Source: Burkholderiales bacterium
GTDB lineage: Bacteria; Pseudomonadota; Gammaproteobacteria; Burkholderiales; SG8-39
Reading direction: 5' to 3'
DNA length: 64,000 nt
NCBI GenBank assembly: GCA_026416295.1
Contig: JAOAFL010000016.1
Span: 373-64,372, forward strand
Below are positions 18,020 through 27,687 of this stretch, piece after piece. The notes beneath the pieces were generated by a model. The model searched no databases, was not told the origin of the DNA, and saw only the letters and a list, made by a program, of their open reading frames with translations. The position numbers were made by a program, and so were the translations under genes. The first letter of the stretch is position 1, and each line of letters begins with the position of its first letter.

Positions 18020-18315
18020 TTGCGCTCTCCCTGGCCTTCCTGCGCGGCGGGCTTGCCGGCGGGCGCGGCGCCGCGACCGGGCGGCGAGCCGGACACGTGT
18101 CCTGCGTGGCCGCCCAGGCGCCGCACCTCGTCGTTCGCCTCGCGCCAGCGGGCGAGTTCCGGCTCCGAGTAGGGACGGTAGTCCTCGAACGCCGACCTAT
18201 GGACGGGGGGCTTTGTGCCCGCCGCCGGGTCGGCGGGATGGGGCCGCGCGACCTCTCGCGCGGCAGCGCCCGCCGCGAAAGCCGCGGCGAGCGCAAAAGC
18301 GATCGTTCTGCGCAT
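18016..18315 (-). CDS. Small secreted hypothetical protein of the copper cluster
   Basis: Signal peptide, SAFEDYRPY...WREANDEV...GGHAGH; GGAGG RBS; stop overlaps the TolC-like ATG. Confidence 0.75.
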   Translation of the reverse strand: MRRTIAFALAAAFAAGAAAREVARPHPADPAAGTKPPVHRSAFEDYRPYSEPELARWREANDEVRRLGGHAGHVSGSPPGRGAAPAGKPAAQEGQGERK

Positions 18316-18390
18316 CTTTGCCTCCGAGTGCGAACAGGTGCACGCTTGCGCGTGCGGGACGGCGCAACTTGCGCCGGCTTCTGTCAGCGC

Positions 18391-18792
18391 TCAGAGACCG
18401 AGCGGAGGTCGCTCCGGATGATCGGGCACGAAACCGACGTTCGGCCGCGCACCGAAAGGAATGCGATCGGAATCGGACACCCCAGCAAGGCGCGGCGCTT
18501 CGGCGACCGGCGCAAAGGTCGTGCCGCTACAGTGCTTCGCGCAAAAGCCGCAGTCGTGGCCGAGCGAACCGGAACCCTCTTCGCCGTGATGCGCCGCGGC
18601 TCCGGAACCGGGCTCGGATCCCGTTTCGCCGTGGTGTGCAGAGACGCGATCGCTCGCCCCGGGCTTTTGCGCATGCGAAGGCGCGTCGTGGCCGGCGCCA
18701 GCGCAGGAGAGCGCGGCGACCGAGGCCGCCGCACGGATCGGCAGCCCCGCGACGAGCACGGCGAGAAGAACGAGCCGCACAGCGCGTCTCAT
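18391..18792 (-). CDS. CopL/CutF/DUF2946-like metal-binding leader protein
   Basis: Signal peptide, HHGE repeats, CGFCAKHC, C-terminal PERPP. First ORF of the periplasmic Cu operon. Confidence 0.7.
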   Translation of the reverse strand: MRRAVRLVLLAVLVAGLPIRAAASVAALSCAGAGHDAPSHAQKPGASDRVSAHHGETGSEPGSGAAAHHGEEGSGSLGHDCGFCAKHCSGTTFAPVAEAPRLAGVSDSDRIPFGARPNVGFVPDHPERPPLGL

Positions 18793-18888
18793 GCCCGCGA
18801 TCGTAGCACGGCGACCGCGCGCCGATCTCGACCGAGGCGCAGCGCGTCCGCCACAGCGCCCCCGTCGAGGAACCTTGCGCTTGCTGCG

Positions 18889-21081
18889 CTAACGCTCCGG
18901 CTTCCAGCGCGAAAGGAGGAGCGCGTTCGTGACGACGCTCACGCTGCTCGCCGCCATCGCGGCGCCGGCGAACACCGGAGAAAGCATGCCGAGCGCGGCG
19001 AGCGGAATGCCGACAGCGTTGTAGACGAACGCCCAGAAGAGGTTCTGGCGGATCTTCCTCCACGTGCGCCGCGAGACGTCGATCGCCGAGGCGACGAGCC
19101 GCGGGTCCGGCCGCATCAGCGTCAGCCCCGCGGCGTGCATCGCGGCGTCGGTCCCGGAGCCCATCGCGATGCCGAGGTCGGCGGCGGCGAGCGCAGGCGC
19201 GTCGTTGATGCCGTCGCCGACCATCGCCACCGCCCCCCGCTCGCGGCGAAGCGCCTCGACCGCGCGCGCCTTTTCCTCCGGCAGGACCTCGGCGCGATAG
19301 TCCCGGATGCCGAGGCGCGCGGCGACCGCGGCGGCGACCGCGCGGCTGTCGCCGGTGATCATCACCGTTTCGATTCCGCGCCGCGCGAGCGCCGCGACCG
19401 CCTCGGCGGCTTCGGGCTTCACCTCGTCGCCGATCGCAAAGACGGCGAGCGCCCGGGCGGGCGCGCGAAGTTCGGCGAGCCACGCGACCGTCAGGCCTTC
19501 GCTCTCCCACTTTGCCGCGCGCGCCTCGAGCGGCGCGGTATCCACCGCGAGTTCCCGCATCCAGCGGCCGGAGCCGATGGCGAGCCTGCGCCCGCCGACC
19601 TCGGCTTCGACGCCTCGGCCGGGGACAGCCCGGACTCGCCCGGCCGAGGGCACCGCGAGCGAGTCCTTTTTCGCCGCGGCGACGATCGCGCGCGCAAGCG
19701 GATGTTCGCTTGCCTGCTGCACGGCCGCCGCCATCGCGAGCGCCTCGCGGCGCGCGCCTTCGCCGCCTGCGGACGCTTCGCCCGGCGCGACCTCGATCGC
19801 AAGCAGCGCCGGCTTTCCGCGGGTGAGCGTTCCGGTCTTGTCGAACGCCACGACGCGCACGCGATGCGCGACTTCGAGCGCCTCGGCGTCCTTGACGAGG
19901 ATGCCGTGGCGCGCGGCCACCCCGGTGCCCGCGATCACCGCCGCAGGCGTGGCGAGACCCAGCGCGCACGGGCAGGCGATGACGAGCACCGCGACCGCGT
20001 CGAGAAGCGCCCGCTCCCAGTCGCCGCTCGCGAGCCCCCAGGCGAGAAGCGTCGCCGTGCCGATCGCGAGCACCGCCGGCACGAATACCGCGCTCACGCG
20101 GTCGACGAGCCGCTGGATCGGCGCCTTCTTCGCCTGCGCGGTCTCCACCAGTTCGACGATGCGCGCAAGCTGCGACTGCGCACCCACCGCGGTCGCCCGG
20201 ACGACGATCAAACCCTCGGCGTTCACCGCGCCGCCGATCACGCGATCGCCCGGGCCGCGCGCGACCGGCAGCGACTCGCCGGTGAGAAGCGACTCGTCCA
20301 CATGCGTCGCCCCTTCGACGATCACGCCGTCGGCGGCGATCCGCTCGCCGGGCCGAACGACGATCAGATCGCCGGCGGTCACCTCTTCGATCGGAAGCTC
20401 GATTTCGGTCTCGCCCCTTCGCACGCGTGCGCGCTCGGGCCTGAGCGCCGCGAGCGCCCGGATCGCTTCGCTCGCCCGGCGCTTTGCGCGTGCCTCCAGC
20501 CACTTTCCGAGCAGCACCAGCGTGATCACCGCCGCGCCGGCCTCGAAATAGAGGTGCGGCTGCGGCTCGCCCCAGTGCCGGAGCATCAGGTAGGTCGAAA
20601 GGCCCCAGGCGGCGCTCGTGCCGAGGGCAACGAGCAGGTCCATGTTCCCGGTGCCTGCGGCGAGCGCCTTTGCGCCCGCGCGGTAAAAGCGCGCCCCCAG
20701 CCAGAACTGGACCGGCGTCGCGAGCGCGAACTGAAGCCACGCAGGCAGCGTCCAGCCGGGCGCGAAGGGCGCAGCGAGCATCGGAAGAAAAAGCGGCAGC
20801 GTGAGCGCGGCGGCGACCGCGACCAGCCAGCCGGCCGACGCGCGCGCCTCGTGCGCGCGCTCCGGCGCGAGCCTCGCCTCGTACCCCGCGCGGCGCACCG
20901 CCTCGACGAGCGCCTGCGGGTCGGCGCCTGCGGAAAGCGTCACGCTCGCGGTTTCGGTCGCGAGATTCACTTCGGCGCTCGCCACACCGGGAACCGCTCT
21001 CAGCGCCTTCTCCACCCGCGCGACGCAGGCCCCGCAGGTCATGCCCTCGATCGGCAGTCGGATGCGGATGCTCGTTTCCAT
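18889..21081 (-). CDS. copA: Cu(I)-translocating P1B-type ATPase
   Basis: GMTCGAC HMA domain, [33 protein letters not shown] and MAASS motifs. Confidence 0.95.
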   Translation of the reverse strand: METSIRIRLPIEGMTCGACVARVEKALRAVPGVASAEVNLATETASVTLSAGADPQALVEAVRRAGYEARLAPERAHEARASAGWLVAVAAALTLPLFLPMLAAPFAPGWTLPAWLQFALATPVQFWLGARFYRAGAKALAAGTGNMDLLVALGTSAAWGLSTYLMLRHWGEPQPHLYFEAGAAVITLVLLGKWLEARAKRRASEAIRALAALRPERARVRRGETEIELPIEEVTAGDLIVVRPGERIAADGVIVEGATHVDESLLTGESLPVARGPGDRVIGGAVNAEGLIVVRATAVGAQSQLARIVELVETAQAKKAPIQRLVDRVSAVFVPAVLAIGTATLLAWGLASGDWERALLDAVAVLVIACPCALGLATPAAVIAGTGVAARHGILVKDAEALEVAHRVRVVAFDKTGTLTRGKPALLAIEVAPGEASAGGEGARREALAMAAAVQQASEHPLARAIVAAAKKDSLAVPSAGRVRAVPGRGVEAEVGGRRLAIGSGRWMRELAVDTAPLEARAAKWESEGLTVAWLAELRAPARALAVFAIGDEVKPEAAEAVAALARRGIETVMITGDSRAVAAAVAARLGIRDYRAEVLPEEKARAVEALRRERGAVAMVGDGINDAPALAAADLGIAMGSGTDAAMHAAGLTLMRPDPRLVASAIDVSRRTWRKIRQNLFWAFVYNAVGIPLAALGMLSPVFAGAAMAASSVSVVTNALLLSRWKPER

Positions 21082-21179
21082 GCGGCGCGGCGGCCTCGGT
21101 CGGGGTAAAGTCTGCCACGCTCCGCGAGCGGCTCGCGCCCGGCGCGAGCGCAAAGGCGCGGCGGACGAAAGGAGCGGCA

Positions 21180-21377
21180 ATGATCGAATTCAGCGTTCCG
21201 GACATGACCTGCGGGCATTGCGCGAGCGCGATCACCCAGGCGGTGAAGGCGCTCGATCCGACGGCCAAGGTGGAGATTTCGCTGGAGGCGCACCGCGTTC
21301 GGGTCGAGACGAAGGCGGCCGCCGAGGCGCTCGAGCGCGCGATCCGGGAGGCCGGCTACAGCCCGGTCGCGGCCTGA
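21180..21377 (+). CDS. copZ: Copper chaperone (HMA domain)
   Basis: DMTCGHC motif, 65 aa, AAGGAG RBS. Confidence 0.9.
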   Translation: MIEFSVPDMTCGHCASAITQAVKALDPTAKVEISLEAHRVRVETKAAAEALERAIREAGYSPVAA

Positions 21378-21388
21378 GGCGGCGCGCC

Positions 21389-22951
21389 TCAGGCGGGCAT
21401 GCGCCGGCCGAGGTCGCGCAAGAGCTCGCGCGCGCAATTGTGGCCGGGCGCGCCGGTGACGCCCCCGCCCGGGTGCGCGCCCGAGCCGCAGAGGTACAGG
21501 CCCGGCACCGGCGTTCGGTAGTTCGCCCAGCCGAGCAGCGGGCGCGCTGACCAGAGCTGATCGGGCGCGAGCGCCCCGTGGAAGATGTCGCCTGCGGTGA
21601 GCCCGAACTCGCGCTCGAGGTCGGCGGGCGACAGCGCGCTGTAGCCGACGACGCTTTCGCGAAAGCCGGGCGCGAACGATTCGACGACGTCGAAGATGCG
21701 CTCGATCGCCTCGTCCCTGCGCGCGGCCCAGTCGGCCTGCGGCGCGAAATGCTGGCAGAAGAGGCTCGCAACGTGCGCGCCCTTCGGCGCGAGCGTGTCG
21801 TCCACGGTGCTCGGCACGAGCATTTCGACGATCGGGCGACGCGCGATTCCGTCTGCGCGCGCGTCGCGCCAGGCGCGCTCCATGTATTCGAGCGAGGGCG
21901 CGAGGATGATGCCGGAGGCGAGATGCGGCCCGGGCTCGGGCAGGCAGGCGAAGCGCGGTGCGCGCGAAAGCGCGACGTTCATGCGAAAGCTCGCCGAGCC
22001 GCAGCGGTAGCGCTCGATGCGCGCGACGAACTCGGGCGCGAGCGCCGCGCGATCGACGAGCTGCAGGAAAAGCCGCTTCGGATCGACGTTCGCGACGATC
22101 GCGCGCGCGGCGAATTCGCGTCCGTCGGCGAGCTGCACGCAGCCGCGCGCGATGCGCGCGACCGGCGCCTCGCACTCGATCTCGACGCCGAGCCGCCGCG
22201 CCTCGCGCACGAGCGCCTCGGCAAGCGCCCCCATGCCGCCCGCGACGTGGCCCCAGGCGCCGCGCCGCCCGTTCACCTCGCCGAAGGCGTGGTGCAGCAG
22301 CACATAGCCGGTGCCCGGCTGCGCCGGGCTCGCGTAATTGCCGACCACCGCGTCGAAACCGAACACCGCCTTGATCGGCTCCGACTCGAACCAATGGTCG
22401 AGAAAATCGGCGGCGCTGCCGAAAAAGAGCGCGAGGAGGTCGCGCCGCGCCTCCATGTCGAGGCGGCGCAGCCGGCCCGCGGCGCGCAACGCGCGAACCG
22501 CGTCGGCGAGTCCTCCGCCGACGTTCGGCGGGGTCTCGAGCGCGAGCGCCCGCAAGGCGTCCGCGACGCGGCCGAGCGCGTCGTAGTACGCCGGCAACCG
22601 CTCGGCGTCGCGCGCGGAAAAGCGCGCAAGTTCCCGCTGCGTCGCGGAAACGTCCGGCCCCACGCGCAGGAAGCCGTCTTCGAGCGGCAGGAAGTTCGCG
22701 ATCGGCCGCTCGAGGATGCGCAGGCCGTGCTCGACAAGGCGCAGGTCGCGAATCACCTTCGGCTGAAGCAGGCTCACCGTATAGGCGGCGACCGAGTTGC
22801 GAAAGCCGGGATAAAACTCTTCGGTCGCGACGCAGCCGCCGGGGCGCGCGCGCCGCTCGAAGACGCGCACCTTCAGGCCCGCCCGGGCGAGGTAGCAGGC
22901 GCACACGAGGCCGTTGTGGCCGGCGCCGACGACGATCGCGTCGAGATTCAC
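21389..22951 (-). CDS. Phytoene-dehydrogenase-like NAD(P)/FAD oxidoreductase (COG1233)
   Basis: [46 protein letters not shown] overlaps the glmS stop. Confidence 0.87.
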   Translation of the reverse strand: MNLDAIVVGAGHNGLVCACYLARAGLKVRVFERRARPGGCVATEEFYPGFRNSVAAYTVSLLQPKVIRDLRLVEHGLRILERPIANFLPLEDGFLRVGPDVSATQRELARFSARDAERLPAYYDALGRVADALRALALETPPNVGGGLADAVRALRAAGRLRRLDMEARRDLLALFFGSAADFLDHWFESEPIKAVFGFDAVVGNYASPAQPGTGYVLLHHAFGEVNGRRGAWGHVAGGMGALAEALVREARRLGVEIECEAPVARIARGCVQLADGREFAARAIVANVDPKRLFLQLVDRAALAPEFVARIERYRCGSASFRMNVALSRAPRFACLPEPGPHLASGIILAPSLEYMERAWRDARADGIARRPIVEMLVPSTVDDTLAPKGAHVASLFCQHFAPQADWAARRDEAIERIFDVVESFAPGFRESVVGYSALSPADLEREFGLTAGDIFHGALAPDQLWSARPLLGWANYRTPVPGLYLCGSGAHPGGGVTGAPGHNCARELLRDLGRRMPA

Positions 22952-24765
22952 TCGACGGTGACCGATTTCGCGAGGTTGCGCGGCTTGTCGACGTCGGTGC
23001 CGCGCGCAACGGCCGCGTGGTAGGCGAGAAGCTGCAGCGGCACCGTGTGCAGCACCGGCGAGAGCATCCCGTAGTGCTCGGGCATGCGCACGACGTTCAC
23101 GCCGTCCTCGGCGCCGATGCGGGTGTCGGCGTCGGCGAGCACGTAGAGTTCGCCGCCGCGGGCGCGCACTTCCTGCATGTTCGACTTCACCTTTTCGAGC
23201 AGCGCGTCGTTCGGCGCCACCGTCACCACCGGCATCTCGGAGGTGACGAGCGCAAGCGGCCCGTGCTTCAGCTCCCCCGCCGGATACGCCTCGGCGTGGA
23301 TGTAGGAGATCTCCTTGAGCTTCAGCGCGCCCTCGAGCGCGATCGGCCAGTGCATGCCGCGGCCGAGGAAGAGCGCGTGTTCCTTGCGCGCGAAGCGCTC
23401 GGCCCAGGCGATCAGCTGGGGCTCGAGCGCGAGCACCGCGCCGAGCGCGCGCGGCAGGTGCCGCAGGCGCGCCAGGTGCTCGCGCTCGGCGCGCGCGGCA
23501 AGGCGCCGCTTCAGCTTCGCGAGCGTGAGCGCGAGGAGAAACAGCGCGACGAGCTGGGTCGTGAACGCCTTGGTCGAGGCCACCCCGATCTCGACGCCGG
23601 CGCGCGTGAGGAACGCAAGGCGCGTCTCGCGCACGAGCGCGCTCGTTGCGACGTTGCACACCGCGAGCGTCTTCTTCTGTCCGAGCGAGCGCGCGTGCCG
23701 AAGGGCCGCAAGGGTGTCGGCGGTCTCGCCCGACTGCGAGACCGCGACGACCAGCGTGCGCCGGTCCGGGACGCTTTCGCGGTAGCGGTACTCGCTCGCG
23801 ATTTCGACCGTCGCCGGAATGCGCGCGAGCGACTCGATCCAGTAGCGGGCGACGAGCCCCGCGTGGTAGCTCGTGCCGCAGGCGAGGACGAGTACCGAAT
23901 CCACCGCGCCGAGCACCGCCCCCGTCGGGTCGCCGAAGAGCGCCGGCGTCGCCCGCTCGACGCCTTCGAGCGTATCGGCGACCGCGCGCGGCTGCTCGAA
24001 GATCTCCTTCTGCATGAAGTGGCGGTACGCGCCGAGTTCCGCAGCGGCGCCCGTCACCTGCACCGTGCGCAGCGGCCGCGTCGCCTCGCGGCCGCTCGCA
24101 TCGCGCACGCGAAAGCCCTCCGGATCGATCGCGACCACGTCGCCGTCCTCGAGAAAGGCGATGCGGTCGGTGACCCCGGCGAGCGCGAGCGCGTCCGAGG
24201 CGAGGAACGTCTCGCCCGCTCCCGCGCCGACGACGAGGGGGCTGCCCATGCGGGCGCCGACCACGCGGTGCGGTTCGGCGCGCGCCACCACCGCGATCGC
24301 GTAGGCGCCGACGAGCCTTTTGACCGCGCGGCCGACCGCCTCGAACAGGTCGCCGCGATAGCAGTGGTGCACCAGATGCGCGATCACCTCGGTGTCGGTC
24401 TGCGACTCGAACGCGTAGCCGCGCGCCTTGAGTTCTGCGCGCAGCTCCTCGTGGTTCTCGATGATGCCGTTGTGCACCAGCGCGATCTCGCCGCGCGAGG
24501 CGAGCGGATGCGCGTTGTGCGTCGCCGGCGCCCCGTGCGTGGCCCAGCGCGTATGCGCGATGCCGGTCGCGCCGGCGAGCCGCTCGCGCGCGATGCGCGC
24601 CGCGAGATCGGCGACGCGCGCGACCGACCGTACGCGCGCGATCGCGCCGTCGGCGAGCGCGGCCACGCCGCAGGAGTCGTAGCCGCGGTATTCGAGCCGC
24701 TTCAGACCTTCGACGAGCAGCGGCACGATGTCGCGCCGCGCGGCCGCTGCGACGATCCCGCACAT
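22948..24765 (-). CDS. glmS: Glutamine--fructose-6-phosphate aminotransferase
   Basis: [32 protein letters not shown]. Confidence 0.98.
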   Translation of the reverse strand: MCGIVAAAARRDIVPLLVEGLKRLEYRGYDSCGVAALADGAIARVRSVARVADLAARIARERLAGATGIAHTRWATHGAPATHNAHPLASRGEIALVHNGIIENHEELRAELKARGYAFESQTDTEVIAHLVHHCYRGDLFEAVGRAVKRLVGAYAIAVVARAEPHRVVGARMGSPLVVGAGAGETFLASDALALAGVTDRIAFLEDGDVVAIDPEGFRVRDASGREATRPLRTVQVTGAAAELGAYRHFMQKEIFEQPRAVADTLEGVERATPALFGDPTGAVLGAVDSVLVLACGTSYHAGLVARYWIESLARIPATVEIASEYRYRESVPDRRTLVVAVSQSGETADTLAALRHARSLGQKKTLAVCNVATSALVRETRLAFLTRAGVEIGVASTKAFTTQLVALFLLALTLAKLKRRLAARAEREHLARLRHLPRALGAVLALEPQLIAWAERFARKEHALFLGRGMHWPIALEGALKLKEISYIHAEAYPAGELKHGPLALVTSEMPVVTVAPNDALLEKVKSNMQEVRARGGELYVLADADTRIGAEDGVNVVRMPEHYGMLSPVLHTVPLQLLAYHAAVARGTDVDKPRNLAKSVTVE

Positions 24766-24767
24766 CG

Positions 24768-26147
24768 CTAGCCCCTTGCGCGCGTCGGCGCCTTTGCCGG
24801 CGGCCTCCAGCCAGGCACGGTGACCTGGCGCGCGCGCGCGAGCGTCAGTTTGCCGGGCGGTGCGTCGCGCGTGATCGTCGAGCCGGCGCCGATGTAGGCG
24901 CCGCGGGCGATGCGAACGGGTGCAACGAGCGTCGCGTCCGAACCGATGAACGCGCCGTCCTCGATCACGGTGCGGTGCTTTGCGGCGCCGTCGAAGTTGC
25001 AGGTGATGGTGCCGGCGCCGACGTTGACGCCCCGGCCCACGTCAGCGTCGCCGAGATAGGCGAGGTGATTGGCTTTCGCGCCTTCGCCGATGCGGCTCGC
25101 CTTCACTTCGACGAAGTTGCCGATGTGGACCTCGGCCGCAAGGCGCGCCCCGGGCCGCAGCCGCGCATACGGCCCGATGCGGCAGCGCGCGCCGACCGTC
25201 GCCTGCTCCAAGACCGAAAACGCGAGCACCTCGGTGCCCGCGCCGACGGTGACGTCGCGAAGCACGCAGTACGGGCCGACGCGCACGCCGTCGGCGAGCC
25301 GCACGCGCCCTTCGAACACGCAACCGACGTCGATCGAGACGTCGCGACCGCAGCGGAGCGCGCCGCGCACTTCGACCCGCGCCGGGTCGGCGAGCGAGAC
25401 CCCTGCGGCGAGCAGCCGCTCGGCTTCGGCGCGCTGCAAGCGGCGCTCGAGCGCGGCGAGTTCGGCGCGCGAGTTGACGCCGGCCACCTCCCAAGGCTCG
25501 TCCGCCTTCACCGCGGCGACGGGGACACCCCCCTCAGCCGCGATGCCGATCGCTTCGGTGAGGTAGTACTCGCCCTGGGCGTTACGCCGGCCGATTCTCG
25601 CCACCCAGCGCGCAAGGTCCGACGCCCGCGCGGCGAGCAAGCCGCAGTAGCACTCGCGGATCGCGCGCTCGGCGGCCGCCGCGTCCCGTTCCTCGACGAT
25701 GCGGGCGACGCGCCCCTCGGCGTCGCGCACCACGCGCCCGTAGCCGCTCGGATCGGAAAGCTCGGCGGTCGCGATCGCGAGGCCGCCGCCCGCGGCGGCG
25801 CGCGCGAGCCGCCGAAGCGTTCGCGGCCGAACGAGCGGCACATCGCCCGCGAGCACGAGCACGGTCGCGCGCCGCGGCACCGCCGGCAGCGCCTGCGCGA
25901 GCGCGTGCGCGGTGCCGAGCTGGCGCTCCTGCTCGACCCAGCGCACCCGCTCGTTGTCGAACGCGGCGCGCACCGCCTCGGCGCCGTGGCCGACGACGAC
26001 GTGGATGCGCTCGGGCCGCAGCGCGCGCGCGGCCGCGAGCACGTGTGCGAGCAGCGGCCGGCCCCCCAAGCGGTGCAGCACCTTCGGCAGCGCAGAGCGC
26101 ATTCGCTTGCCCTGCCCGGCGGCGAGGATCACGACGTGCAGCGACAT
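24768..26147 (-). CDS. glmU: Bifunctional UDP-GlcNAc pyrophosphorylase/GlcN-1-P acetyltransferase
   Basis: [19 protein letters not shown], hexapeptide repeats, [15 protein letters not shown]. Confidence 0.96.
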   Translation of the reverse strand: MSLHVVILAAGQGKRMRSALPKVLHRLGGRPLLAHVLAAARALRPERIHVVVGHGAEAVRAAFDNERVRWVEQERQLGTAHALAQALPAVPRRATVLVLAGDVPLVRPRTLRRLARAAAGGGLAIATAELSDPSGYGRVVRDAEGRVARIVEERDAAAAERAIRECYCGLLAARASDLARWVARIGRRNAQGEYYLTEAIGIAAEGGVPVAAVKADEPWEVAGVNSRAELAALERRLQRAEAERLLAAGVSLADPARVEVRGALRCGRDVSIDVGCVFEGRVRLADGVRVGPYCVLRDVTVGAGTEVLAFSVLEQATVGARCRIGPYARLRPGARLAAEVHIGNFVEVKASRIGEGAKANHLAYLGDADVGRGVNVGAGTITCNFDGAAKHRTVIEDGAFIGSDATLVAPVRIARGAYIGAGSTITRDAPPGKLTLARARQVTVPGWRPPAKAPTRARG

Positions 26148-26202
26148 CGGGGTCGGCGCGATTCTAGCCGAGCACGCACGGCCTCCCGCGCGCCGGCGGC
26201 CG

Positions 26203-27666
26203 CTAGCGCGGAAGCTCGGACGAACCGGTGAGGAATTCGTCGACCGCGCGCGCGCACTGCCGCCCTTCGCGGATCGCCCAGACGACGAGCGACTGCCCGC
26301 GGCGCATGTCGCCGGCGGCGAACACCTTCGGCACGCTGGTCGCGTACGCGTTCGCGCCCTCGGTCGGCGCGCGCGCGTTGCCGCGCTCGTCGCGCTCGAC
26401 GCCGAATTCGGCAAGCAGCGACTGAAGCGGCGAGACGAACCCCATCGCAAGCAGCACCAGATCCGCCGGCAGCGAGAATTCCGAGCCCGGAATCTCCTCC
26501 GGCTTGCCGTCCCTCCAGGCGAGGCGCACCGCGCGCAGCGCCTTCACGCGCCCGCCCTCGCCGACGAACGCCTTGGTGGCGACCGACCAGTCGCGCGTGA
26601 CGCCCTCCTCGTGCGAGCTCGAGGTGCGCAGCCGCGTCGGCCAGTACGGCCAGACGGGGTTCTCGTCGACCTCCGGCGGCATCGGCAGGAGTTCCAGTTG
26701 CGTCACCGATGCGGCGCCGTGGCGGTTGGCGGGGCCGACGCAGTCCGAGCCGGTGTCGCCGCCGCCGATCACGACGACGTGCTTGCCGCTCGCCCACAGG
26801 TCCGGTACGCCGACGTCGCCGGCGACGCGCTTGTTCTGCAGCGGCAGGAATTCCATCGCGAAGTGAATGCCGTCGAGCTCGCGCCCGGGGATCGGCAGGT
26901 CGCGCGGCACCTCCGCGCCGCCGGCGAGCACCACCGCGTCGAATTCGGCGAGAAGCTTCGCCGCCGGCAGCATCTGCGTCGCGTCGTTGAGGATGCCCCG
27001 CCCCGGCCGCGCGCGCCCGATGAAGACGCCGGTGCGGAAGCGCACGCCCTCGGCCGCGAGCTGCTCGAGCCGCCGGTCGATCACCGACTTCTCGAGCTTG
27101 AAGTCGGGAATGCCGTAGCGCAGCAGCCCGCCGATGCGGTCGTTTTTTTCGAACACCGTCACCTCGTGGCCGGCGCGCGCCAGTTGCTGCGCGCAGGCAA
27201 GGCCCGCCGGGCCCGAGCCGACGATCGCGACGCGCTTGCCGGTGCGGTGCGAGGCCGGCTGCGGCCGCACCCAGCCCTCGTCCCAGGCCTTGTCGATGAT
27301 CGCGTGCTCGATCGACTTGATGCCGACGGGGTCGGCGTTGATCCGCAGCACGCACGCCTCCTCGCACGGCGCCGGGCACACGCGCCCCGTGAACTCCGGG
27401 AAGTTGTTCGTCGAATGCAGCGTCTCGATCGCGGTCTTCCAGTCGCCGCGATAGACGAGGTCGTTCCAGTCCGGGATGATGTTGTTCACCGGGCAGCCGT
27501 TCATGCAGAACGGGATGCCGCAGTCCATGCAGCGCGCGCCCTGGATCGCCGCCTGCTCGTCGGTGAGCCGCGCGACGAACTCGCGGTAGTGGCGCTTGCG
27601 CGCCTCGCGCGGCTCGTACGCCTCGTGCACGCGCTCGAATTCGAGGAAGCCGGTGACCTTGCCCAC
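26203..27666 (-). CDS. gltD: Glutamate synthase small subunit
   Basis: [39 protein letters not shown]. Confidence 0.96.
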   Translation of the reverse strand: MGKVTGFLEFERVHEAYEPREARKRHYREFVARLTDEQAAIQGARCMDCGIPFCMNGCPVNNIIPDWNDLVYRGDWKTAIETLHSTNNFPEFTGRVCPAPCEEACVLRINADPVGIKSIEHAIIDKAWDEGWVRPQPASHRTGKRVAIVGSGPAGLACAQQLARAGHEVTVFEKNDRIGGLLRYGIPDFKLEKSVIDRRLEQLAAEGVRFRTGVFIGRARPGRGILNDATQMLPAAKLLAEFDAVVLAGGAEVPRDLPIPGRELDGIHFAMEFLPLQNKRVAGDVGVPDLWASGKHVVVIGGGDTGSDCVGPANRHGAASVTQLELLPMPPEVDENPVWPYWPTRLRTSSSHEEGVTRDWSVATKAFVGEGGRVKALRAVRLAWRDGKPEEIPGSEFSLPADLVLLAMGFVSPLQSLLAEFGVERDERGNARAPTEGANAYATSVPKVFAAGDMRRGQSLVVWAIREGRQCARAVDEFLTGSSELPR

Positions 27667-27687
27667 GGGACGCCTCGGGCCTCGCGT

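Noticed and set aside
15198-18296. 1032-aa ORF suggesting a large MCO fusion, and the comparable 21389-24763, 33559-36243 and 5205-7751 ORFs
   Set aside because: The N-terminal parts are off-frame read-through over real upstream genes. Proper starts (with RBS, signal peptide or stop-codon overlap) lie downstream.
21082-21179. CueR operator between copA and copZ
   Set aside because: Only a half-site-like AAGTCTGCCAC is visible. There is no convincing dyad or 19-bp-spacer promoter and no cueR gene nearby.
4700-22950. Tn7-like or other mobile island downstream of glmS
   Set aside because: No transposase, integrase, tns genes, terminal repeats or target duplications were seen, and the gene after glmS overlaps its stop directly.
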